Below are positions 20,301-29,400 of a DNA stretch of 64,000 nucleotides, in pieces. The translations under genes and the position numbers were made by a program. The stretch is from contig CM000435.1 in assembly GCA_000165345.1 (NCBI GenBank), positions 832,001 through 896,000 of the forward strand, in the 5' to 3' direction. The notes beneath the pieces were generated by a model. It had not been told where the DNA came from and ran no database searches. It saw only the letters and a program-made list of their open reading frames with translations. The first letter of the stretch is position 1, and each line of letters opens with the position of its first letter.

Positions 20301-23300
20301 AATTGACTGAAAATATTAATAGTGAAGAATGGCAACTTTTCAAGATCATCTTCCCAAGATCCAAATATTTGCTGGTTATAATCAGCACCATTCAAATCAT
20401 TATAGTAGAAGTTTAAAACTTTATAAAAGAAGAACATATCAAATATATTGAACGATCTGTTTCCGTGGTCTGTATTAATAACTTTAGGGAGTTTTCTTGA
20501 TTTAATATTAATACTCCAAATTTTTGAGATTTTCTTGAGAAGTTCTTTGCGATCCTTCAACAGTCTTGGGCCCTTATTAATATATCTTTGTAGCATTCCT
20601 GCCCAATATACTGCTCTGTTAACTTGCCAAACAAAAAGCCCGTCACAGTTGAATCTGGATTTAACTTCTAGCTCCGAAGTAATTAAAATATTGACCTTTG
20701 GTGCTTTTTCTTCTTTTTTGTTTAGCTCTGCCCCTTCTTCATCAATACCCTTCTCTAGTTCTACAACAGTTCCGATTGACGGCCAAATTGATGGAATAGT
20801 TTCTGGAATATCATCTAGAAAAGTTTCTTTTTGACGAATACACATTTTAGATCTCCAATATCTACCTCTGAATCTGCTAAATTTCATTTGCGGAGCTGGC
20901 TTGTTCTTATTTAAGTATGGGATCTGAATATTTGAGAAATTTAAATTTGTATCCATTTCAAATATTGGGAAATAGCCAAATGGTGGAGTTCGAGAATATT
21001 TCATATTTTCATGTAATGGGAGAGAATAAAAGCTATCAATTTGATTCCAAGATTCATCTCTTAAATCTTTATTAGATAGGTTTGCTTTAACTAATTTGGC
21101 TTCTTCCTTCAAATAGTTAGTAAATAACATAAAAACTGATTGAATGCTTGGACTTGCATTGGGAATAGAGAGTTGAAGATGCTCCAGCCACGATCTAAGA
21201 CTAAGATCTGAGCTTTTGTATTTATGGAAAGCCTCCATAACATTGTTTGCAGTAATTTTCCAGTTGTTTCTCTTAGATAGACGAGAGCTTTTGCTGATTG
21301 AATATGCAATAAATGTGCTCATATTAATTTCTATTTGATGCAGATTTCTGCCAGTCATAACATCAGAATGACCAATTGGCCTCTTAAACCCTTCTTGTAA
21401 GAAACCAACTATTTCTTCATAGTGCTCAGAAGGTAAATGAAGGTAATTAAAGTAGGTAATTGGCATGCTATTTAAATCATTTGTTGACCTGTGAAATGGA
21501 GTCGCAAATCTGTAATTGTCATTTGTACTAAAAATAGATTCAAGCACTTCCATATTTCTAATTTGATTTTGATTTATAAAACCTTCTTGAACAATGTTCA
21601 TATTAATTTCCTTATAGCCACTTTTTGTATTTTTATTAATGGAATTAAAAAAGCCAAAAAGTAATGCTTCTGCAACAGGGGCTGTGAACCATGGCTTCCA
21701 CTGCATATTCATCTCAGGATCAGATTTAACTCGCTCAAGGTGGGAATTGATTACATGCTTAGACAGTAATGATGCCCAGCAAACTGTGTTTGATGAATAA
21801 TTTGGACTTGCATTGATTTTTTTGACATTCAACCACCAGCTACATAGTCCATCTAAGGGAAATTCGAATTTTAATTCTTCCAAAAGTCCTTTTTTCGTAG
21901 ACCCTTCAGGAACTTGTGAGTTGAAAACGCTCTTTGAAATAGTTTCTAAGTAAGAACTAAGAGAAACCAGCATTCTAATTTCAGATTCTGAAAGGTCTTT
22001 ACAAGTCTCTACATTCCTATAGTAAGTATTTGGGTCTAAGCTTTGTAGGAACGGAATTATGGACTTTAGTGAAAGAGATGGAAAACTGGATATCTCCAAT
22101 TTAGGTAATAACTCTTTCTCAATTTCATCAATATTTAACCTCAAGGATGAGCTGATTGGTCTATTTTCCATGGAATAACTTAGTCTGTAACATTCAATTA
22201 AATTTTCACCATATTGAGTAGTGTCATGTGTTGGGTATTCTGGCAACTCAAATGTCTGAGAAATCCAATCTCCTGCGTTTTTTACTAGGACTCTCACTAA
22301 CTGCTTATTTTTTATCCACTCTTTATCTTTAAATACTCTGTAGAAAACATCACCAAATTGAGATTGAAAAACTTTCTTTTTTACAATCTCCTTAACAATT
22401 TCGCACATTATAATAGGATCGAATGATCCGTGGAAAATTGGATCAATCAATTTTCTCTGGAATTCCATAAAATATATTCTAAATGCATTCATCAGATTTG
22501 CAACCCATATACTATCACACTCCGATTCTAGAGGTGGATTTGGCAATGAAAGAGTATCATCGACAAAAGGGTTTAACTTTAACCTTGTAATTGGGTTTAA
22601 ACTATCTAATCCAATAATTTTGAGATCTTGATTAGAAGTGACTACTGGGGTATATTTTTTCTCAAACAAGTATTTAATTTCGTCAAGTTTAATTTTATTC
22701 TTATCAAGTATCTTAGTTTTGCTTATTCCACCCAATTTCAGAATATATTCTGTTTGACTCCAAATATTGAATGTCGATAGTAAATAAGATCCAATTAATG
22801 GCTGCAGCCAAGGGATTGTCCCTTTGGCTTCCTTTTCAAGTGATTCTCCAGCTTCATCAACATCCACAGTTGTACCTGGTATCGAATCTTTAGGAAAATT
22901 ATTAATTACCCAACTACAAAGTATATCTATTTCTATCTTGAATTGACTTGGCTCATTTAATTTTGAAAGAACCATTTTCATAGTGGTTTTTACTGAATTT
23001 TGGAAAGCAATTACAAAATTTACTTGCCAACTTTCTAGATTTGGGCATTTTTTGGAGATTAATTCAAATGTTGATTGTTCGATTGGTTTATCATCTAATT
23101 CACGTTGAAGTTCTCTATATCCTAATATTGCATCTTTTTTTAAGTAAAATTCTAATGCTTCAAATACGTTGCTTGGAGGATTAAAATCTGGGTATATGAT
23201 GTTTTTAGGAAGGTCCCTTGCTCTATTTGAGAAAATTTGTGGGTTTGAATAAATATACTCGATTCTTTTTTCCGCCTTTACTGGCCCAGGAAAGTTCATA

Positions 23301-26119
23301 CTTTCCATCATCAGTGAGTACCTAAGGACATATTCTGAAATATTTGAATTCTTTATGAAAGGTAATTTATCAGCGAGAACTACGCTCAGAGGATAATTTA
23401 CTGGATGTTTCCACCAAAGACACAAAGAACTTACTGGGATTTCAACATCTTTTGTCCCAAGCTTTTTTAGATCTATGAAGTGATTTGTGAATGATTCAAT
23501 TATCGCTGCCAATACGTGGAGATAGTTGATGATATTTTGCTGAAGCCCAACACATGTTTGTTTATTTCCTGGTATAAGAATTGTATTAATATTGGCCCTG
23601 CATCCAAATGGAGTCAATGCATTAATTAATTTCTTATTAATGGGGGAGATAGTTATGTCAAATGGTAAGAAAGCAAATAGAGGTGCAGAACACACTCTTA
23701 TTGAATATATTGATTCAATTGAATCGATGGTATTCTTTGGGTTAATATACATATTTTTTTCGAGATTCATTCTAAATTGGTTGCTAAGCTCAATAAAAAA
23801 ACTTGAGGTAACTTTCTTTGCTTTATTTGAATTATCGCTTGAAAAAGGAAATAGTTCATGCAAATTTTCTTTAAATAACATATTTGAAAGATGAGTTCCA
23901 AAATCAGAAGGATTATATGGGTCTTTCTTTTCTTTTTCCAAACTCAAGAATGTTTTACATAGTAAAGTAATTGGAATAACTGATTCTACTGAGTTAGGGA
24001 ATATATGCGAGATGAAACCCTGAGAAAATGAGCCAAAACAGAGCAAATAGTTAAGCTGAGATTGAGCAATAACCCCGCATTCTTCTAAAGCCCAAACATC
24101 TCTTGCAAGATCAACAGGTGCGGACGCCAATAACTCCAATTCTGATCTGGAATTGTATCCTTCTGTTGAACGACCTTTTGGAGAAACTCCTATTACACCG
24201 CAAAAAGCCAATTCTAATTCATATAAAATTCCAATCAAAAGCCTTTTATTTGATAAAATACTTTCATTCTTGCTAACTTCCAACTCTACATCTCTACATA
24301 ATTCTTGAAGCAATTTATCTAAATCTGAATGGGTTCCTCCAACAACTAAATCAGCCTTTCCAGCAGAAGCTAAACCTTGGACATATGTTTTACAAATTTT
24401 AACTACATTCCCTCCACTGGGATCAATAACATTCCCTACCTTACTATTAATTGGGACGGTGTAATCCAAAACAATCAAGGAGTCTGAATAGCTTTCTGAT
24501 GAGATCCGAAATATTAAATATAGTAAATATTCGGAAGGAATCAGCCAATAACTTAGATCTCTATAGACAATTTCATTAATGCATTCACCAGAATTACATT
24601 CTGATATTAAATCCCAAATCTGGTCCTTTTCATTCAAGTAGGGTGCAGCACCTCTTTTTGTGATAATCTTTTTGTACAATTCAAATAGTCTGGATTTTGG
24701 GGCTTGAGATTTACTTGGTGGATTTATAGTGGTTTCTTCCATTTCATTATCATCAACTCCTAATATACTTTGTGATTGAATTGTATGTATTCTTTCTAAG
24801 TAGGCTTCCGAGTTTTTCATGATTTCAGGAAGGTATGATTCATGAGCGATCAGACACAGCTGTTCAGCAGCAGTTCTAATTATGTGGCTGCTTGTAATCA
24901 ATATTTCTCCGTCTTTGAGAAAGAACTGAGTTAAATCACCATCTAAAAACCCTTTACTTATTTGTGAGTTTCTAAACATTATGAATTTGACACACTCAGC
25001 CTTGAAGTTAAGAAGAGAAAAGTTTGGACCTGACTGATAAAGGACTGAACTATCTATCACATTAGGTAAACCCTTGACAAGATAATCTGATTCTTCATTA
25101 AATTCGCTTTGTGCTTCAACAACTGACTGCCATGCAAGAAGTAAACGAGCTTCTGGGCCTAAAACTCTTAGTTTTTCGGATATATCCTCCTGATTTATTA
25201 ATTTAATCAAATCCACACCAGCTTTTTTTGTTGACGCCAACGCTTGATTGGCCAATGTACCATAGCTGCTTTTAATATTACCTCGATCAATTTCCCGGAT
25301 GTCTTTTTTAGGTCTGGCAATAATTCTTTTTTGTTTCTTGTCTTCTAACTCAATTTTTTGTGGCTTTACAATTTTTTTCGTTGTATTACTTCGATCAATA
25401 GTAACAAGTTTTCGTTTTTCAGGTTTAGGACGAGTGGCAATTAAATATTTCTCTTTATTTCCAGAGTCAGCAGTCACTAGACTCGTCTGAGTATATTTAT
25501 CATTTAATTTTTTCCCTTCAGTCATAACTGTTTGTTTTACATGCTCTAAAGATTTTTTGGCAGCCTCATCAGTAAAAACGCTTTTAATACCCCAGCTCTT
25601 TAATCTTTCCACATAATTCTCTAATGCTGGTATTTCTAAAACTTCAGGGCCATATTGTAAAAAACAATACTGAATCTCTCTTGCAACTCTATCACCAAGG
25701 TCTTGGAATGATGCCTTAAAACCACTATTAAGTATACTAACATCGCTATCTATAACTTGTGGGGTAAATGGATCAAGCTCTATTCTGTTTAAAAGCCTTT
25801 CACAAGCTTGTATAATTTCTACAGAAACGAATAGGTCCCTACCACCAGAGTTCTGATATATTACTGGCAATTTGTTGGCTCTCTTTAAGCTATCAATCTC
25901 TCGATCTGCTAATTTCCAAGTTTCTGGATCTTTGATTGTGCGATAATTTACTGCATCTTTGGAAAAAATTAGTCTGGCTTTGTTAAAAGAAATTATATCA
26001 TTATTTTGATATTCACTACAAAATATATACCCAATAAATGTAGCAATAAATATTAGGCATAAATAAATATGCTTGAATTTGATCATTTGATCTGTGCTGT
26101 TCATATTATTATATAACAA
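17399..26119 (-). CDS. Large secreted protein, array member 1 (2906 aa); no recognisable domain
   Basis: Single uninterrupted 8.7-kb ORF. The N-terminus MLYNNMNSTDQMIKFKHIYLCLIFIATFIGYIFCSEYQ has a hydrophobic signal-peptide core. No catalytic or structural motif I can identify. Shares the post-signal motif SLKRANKLPVIYQNSGGRDLFVSVEIIQACE with its neighbours. Confidence 0.75.
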   Translation of the reverse strand: MLYNNMNSTDQMIKFKHIYLCLIFIATFIGYIFCSEYQNNDIISFNKARLIFSKDAVNYRTIKDPETWKLADREIDSLKRANKLPVIYQNSGGRDLFVSVEIIQACERLLNRIELDPFTPQVIDSDVSILNSGFKASFQDLGDRVAREIQYCFLQYGPEVLEIPALENYVERLKSWGIKSVFTDEAAKKSLEHVKQTVMTEGKKLNDKYTQTSLVTADSGNKEKYLIATRPKPEKRKLVTIDRSNTTKKIVKPQKIELEDKKQKRIIARPKKDIREIDRGNIKSSYGTLANQALASTKKAGVDLIKLINQEDISEKLRVLGPEARLLLAWQSVVEAQSEFNEESDYLVKGLPNVIDSSVLYQSGPNFSLLNFKAECVKFIMFRNSQISKGFLDGDLTQFFLKDGEILITSSHIIRTAAEQLCLIAHESYLPEIMKNSEAYLERIHTIQSQSILGVDDNEMEETTINPPSKSQAPKSRLFELYKKIITKRGAAPYLNEKDQIWDLISECNSGECINEIVYRDLSYWLIPSEYLLYLIFRISSESYSDSLIVLDYTVPINSKVGNVIDPSGGNVVKICKTYVQGLASAGKADLVVGGTHSDLDKLLQELCRDVELEVSKNESILSNKRLLIGILYELELAFCGVIGVSPKGRSTEGYNSRSELELLASAPVDLARDVWALEECGVIAQSQLNYLLCFGSFSQGFISHIFPNSVESVIPITLLCKTFLSLEKEKKDPYNPSDFGTHLSNMLFKENLHELFPFSSDNSNKAKKVTSSFFIELSNQFRMNLEKNMYINPKNTIDSIESIYSIRVCSAPLFAFLPFDITISPINKKLINALTPFGCRANINTILIPGNKQTCVGLQQNIINYLHVLAAIIESFTNHFIDLKKLGTKDVEIPVSSLCLWWKHPVNYPLSVVLADKLPFIKNSNISEYVLRYSLMMESMNFPGPVKAEKRIEYIYSNPQIFSNRARDLPKNIIYPDFNPPSNVFEALEFYLKKDAILGYRELQRELDDKPIEQSTFELISKKCPNLESWQVNFVIAFQNSVKTTMKMVLSKLNEPSQFKIEIDILCSWVINNFPKDSIPGTTVDVDEAGESLEKEAKGTIPWLQPLIGSYLLSTFNIWSQTEYILKLGGISKTKILDKNKIKLDEIKYLFEKKYTPVVTSNQDLKIIGLDSLNPITRLKLNPFVDDTLSLPNPPLESECDSIWVANLMNAFRIYFMEFQRKLIDPIFHGSFDPIIMCEIVKEIVKKKVFQSQFGDVFYRVFKDKEWIKNKQLVRVLVKNAGDWISQTFELPEYPTHDTTQYGENLIECYRLSYSMENRPISSSLRLNIDEIEKELLPKLEISSFPSLSLKSIIPFLQSLDPNTYYRNVETCKDLSESEIRMLVSLSSYLETISKSVFNSQVPEGSTKKGLLEELKFEFPLDGLCSWWLNVKKINASPNYSSNTVCWASLLSKHVINSHLERVKSDPEMNMQWKPWFTAPVAEALLFGFFNSINKNTKSGYKEINMNIVQEGFINQNQIRNMEVLESIFSTNDNYRFATPFHRSTNDLNSMPITYFNYLHLPSEHYEEIVGFLQEGFKRPIGHSDVMTGRNLHQIEINMSTFIAYSISKSSRLSKRNNWKITANNVMEAFHKYKSSDLSLRSWLEHLQLSIPNASPSIQSVFMLFTNYLKEEAKLVKANLSNKDLRDESWNQIDSFYSLPLHENMKYSRTPPFGYFPIFEMDTNLNFSNIQIPYLNKNKPAPQMKFSRFRGRYWRSKMCIRQKETFLDDIPETIPSIWPSIGTVVELEKGIDEEGAELNKKEEKAPKVNILITSELEVKSRFNCDGLFVWQVNRAVYWAGMLQRYINKGPRLLKDRKELLKKISKIWSINIKSRKLPKVINTDHGNRSFNIFDMFFFYKVLNFYYNDLNGADYNQQIFGSWEDDLEKLPFFTINIFSQLFIEHYRNLDFKHIVLFFYEMLLEEERIINLKTKSDGIFLTTKERLKAIYHAPLFPEPREYIYPGIFFELEPPFPCSWERVKMIDSTIVPVISVNSVSLVSFNNTIYLSGYPRSDVQLRDTNKIKKIFLEMTKNNVLLELFGIKYFESLSPKIANIMSKKSSLSGFDFLNQFRDNENSGISSKSIYWDQISNTFTNGLDWFILHSTLGLESTFISPINIVETIIQVLKRELISISKYVEYFQDPSLLPSIFASHSSIHIFERGDTEMDKKLSNLCAEYLTRISPLSILIMELSSFYGDSTEKDRSERICSEVANIWEPNLPFIFGEIRKIFLMEFIRRIKQDDARSGNKLIWPNTSASLVTADWQLISKTSSYNQLIKSNSFVGFYNYHYFWDPALLLNAFYSQAEILSIYFEKEFTEYIIIEMSQTPLIELGSWISTIHSPLYSRKKLITYDMINRLLISQISSKKATDLKKLNNIKIDEDEITTLYKYCFNWVSQMLIYSKEEIITFCNDLEKKYGRTVIYIYSVSHQFELIFNTMQFLVEKHPLSDYSNHINMQKSIHNNIKDQFIETLFSFGVPSATEVRALNGSIDTLIYIDPEMANYSFLKLAPVEMHKDLQSKNLLIYSDLIFFNTYVIRRAFQEAMSFLQLESMADIKLDFNKNTSLSDLESMCKVWTNSHSNEIIVLNPDDSQVFEYSVPVMEYPTDVDGTVTIDINDQIKEDIIKVICQTFIDLISPNHFLFSIKDKKKIHSKLLEKISANSKTASKDKIIGWYTISNIVNMWAKDYSLSVGPHIFHQLITKLSVKNLNKLKKYSFSDFCQETEINQIRFFFNPESFIKMMIDSAYEIGYLLIVNAIPDGDLVDSGKLRIKMSEILSNCIDLMSSLISGKNISLLKIENKLSEKSQSIDMKKVSESVCEHMVTNNRKLFRNFVESKSSRKNAVKDLYYRIQNINKEDGSTSFAFIYE

Positions 26120-26327
26120 CTTATCAAGAATATTTTCCAGTTATTCTTTACATCAATTGTCAGGTTATGTAAGATTTCTACAAAAATTCATTAATCATGC
26201 AATTTTACACAAATTAGTCAACATATATCTGCTATTAAATTCTCTTCTGCAGTTTGTTTTATATTATTGCATTACCGCTTTTATCTGCATGGGAACCACA
26301 AACACTGAAATTAGAATCTAAAAACTA

Positions 26328-26334
26328 TGGCGGG
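26328..26334. promoter_or_regulatory. E2F-like GC box TGGCGGG in the divergent promoter between array members 1 and 2
   Basis: ctaTGGCGGGtat lies 141 bp upstream of the ATG at 26475 and 209 bp upstream of the minus-strand ATG at 26119. A GCATGC element sits 12 bp downstream (26346..26351). Confidence 0.3.
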
Positions 26335-26474
26335 TATTTTTCATTGGCATGCTATAAAAAAATTGTATTGAAGGTCCGAAGAGTTTTGATCATATATCAT
26401 TAATAACAATAATCAAGACGGTTGATGATACATTATTTACTTGAAAAGATATATAATGACTATAAAGTGATAAT

Positions 26475-29400
26475 ATGGTTTATATAAAGAAAGAACGAGA
26501 GAAAAGAAGTTTGAATAGATGTTTGTTATTAATAATTTTACTAATAATTCTAGAAATATTATGCGCAAATGGGGAAGGAAGAATATCCTTTGAAGAATAT
26601 CCATCTGGGTTAGATAAAAATAAACAAGATGAACATTTAGTTAATGAATTAATTGATACAACTTCAGATCTGAAATTTAAACAGATTTTGATAGAGAAAA
26701 CTTGCGGTGAGAAAGGAACAAATTATACTAAGGATGGGCTGAAATTTATTAAAAAAAATCTGGAAGAGTTCTCGTCAAATGAATACTACAGACTTAAATC
26801 TTTGAAAAAATTACCCAAAATTTATTCTGGAAAAAATGAGAAATTAATGCTAAGATCTTTTAGGGGAGGCGAAATTCTTGGCTCGCCATTACGGCTAAGA
26901 TCAAGAGTATTAAAGGACGAATTTTCTATCCCAGTTATTGAGGATGATTTCGCCATTTTTTCAGATGAATTAGATTCTAGTATTAATATTATTTATCCCA
27001 GGGTAATGAATGAAATAAGATATACAGTACTCTTGTGCGGCGGTGGATTAGTTACTATGCTGCCTATTGTCAGATATATGAAATTGTTAAACAGTTATGG
27101 AGAATATATGTCTAATGACCGCATAATTTTGCAAGGTATTGGCATTTATGAGAGAGAAAAGGCAGAGTCTCGACGTAGGAGCGCTAATATTGAGGCAAAA
27201 TACTTGTCAACATTGCCTTATTCAGATGAAATATATACCGGCCAGAGCATTAAAAGGGGTGGGATTATAGTTGGAATATCTGATTCTATAAAAGAAGAAC
27301 AGGATTTAATGAAGTCAATTCTTAGCAAGCAGAATTTGGATGATGGATACCAGGGAGCAGTTTTAGGATTAAATATCCGTGCAAAAGAAGAATTGTTTGA
27401 AAAAAACAGAGAGAATGCTATGAGTGATGCACAAGGGCATTTCGTATACAGCTCTGTGTTTGATTTTGACTCTCCAAATGCATTGTTTACTATGTTTAAT
27501 GAAAATTTATCGCATTTTGAAAATAATAATTTGGAATTCATGGCCAGCAATAGTAGGAACAAAATACCTCACCAAATAACGAGGGCTGAGTCAATTAAAA
27601 ATACAACAATCAATAGAATAAAATCCAATTTGATGGGATTGGATAACAATTCAAATGAATACTCTTCAGAAGGATCGATTGAGACAGGAGCTATTGAGTT
27701 TGATAAGAAAAAAGGGGAAGCAGTTTTGCCTTATGACGACCCACTCAACCCAGAAAGTATTATAATTGGAAAGAGAATTAGGCCAAATGATCAAATATCA
27801 ACAGGGTCAACAGAATATCAAGCGAGATTAATTCCAGAATCAAAGCTAGCAGCTTCTGAGCTTGAACCTATTAAAGGATTTCCAACAAATGATAAAGTTG
27901 ATAAGGTTATAGTTGAAATAATTAGTGAGCTGGAAAATCAAAATTATCTCAACAATTTAACTAACTTAAAAACGTCAAAAGCGTATACTGAAGCTTATAG
28001 ACGTTTCCCTGCATATGTTTCTCAAAAGAAAATAATACCTGTTCATGATCAAGCATACATTTTTTGGGAGTCTCTAAGGTTATCGAATAGTATTATGAAT
28101 AAAAGACATGGAGTTAATGTCTCTAACTTTCCAGAAAAAGCAAATATACCCAGCGATAATATTTTGCCAAATAAAATACCGGTAACAAATAAAGAAATTA
28201 CCCGAAATTGTTATAGATTAATAAGATATTTTCAAAAAAGTGGTATTCCCTTTATCTTCAGGGCAGCATCAAAGATTCAAGGAAGTAAAAATTATAACGT
28301 AAACTTTGTTGATCCAACGAAGTCGGAGTACAATCAAGAGTATAAATTATATGCAAAAATATTATGTAATCAATTGTTACCGGAAATTTTCGTATACACA
28401 TTCCACAATGTATTTGAACTTCTCATTTCTAAACGAGAACAGAAATACTTCAATGAATTGGATGAAAAGAGATTAGAACTCGAAGTACAGCAGAAGGAGG
28501 CAGATGCCTTAAAGAAGATACGAGAGTCAGTTATCTCAAGAGCACATATTACTCCATATATTGTCGAAAAACCATTTGAAAGGTACTTTAATGCTTGGAG
28601 GAGAAGCTTTGGGTATAACGGATTTATAGTCTATCCCCGAATAAAAACCTCAGTATTAGAAAAGATGTACAATATTGCCAAGTTTGGCCCGCAAATTATA
28701 GAGAAAAAAAAGAAGAATGCTACTCCTGATGAAGTCAGAAGTTCTATTTCAAAAGCTCTTATTAGAATTATTGACGAATACTTTGCAAACTTGAATACAT
28801 TGGATTTGTTCTTGAATAGAGTTCAAGTTGAAGAGTTTATTAATGGAACATTTTCAAACTTATTTAGTATTGCAATTAGTGAGTTAATTAAAAAAATGCC
28901 AATTGCCCCCGAAATGGATATTAAAAGCCATGGAAACAGTTTTCAAATAAAAGAGTTATTTGTGAGTTGTACTGATTATATTAAAGCAATATTAAATTTT
29001 AATAAAAATATAAATAAGATTTCTGACAATTTGGGTTTGGAAGATAATCTTAGTAAAAGTGGTTATAAAAATTCAAATTTGAAAAGTACAACTGATTTTT
29101 CATTAGGAATCAAACTTCTTGAAAGTGGGTATGAATCTGCATGTATGTTTGCAAGTAATCTATTAAAACCAAATATTATTGAGTACTCTTTGGCAATGGG
29201 GTCAAATGGTGTAATTACAAAATTGGCAGAAAGAATCAAAAGTTCCTTTATTCACCAATCTTTGACTGATGGCTCCAGTAAAATCCCTCTTGAACTTGGA
29301 TTGAAAATGTTCGAAAATAGCTATATTGATGTTTATAAAAGGGTATGCGAGCAGCATGGAATATTGTATTTTATACCAGCAAATGAAAAACAGTATTTCG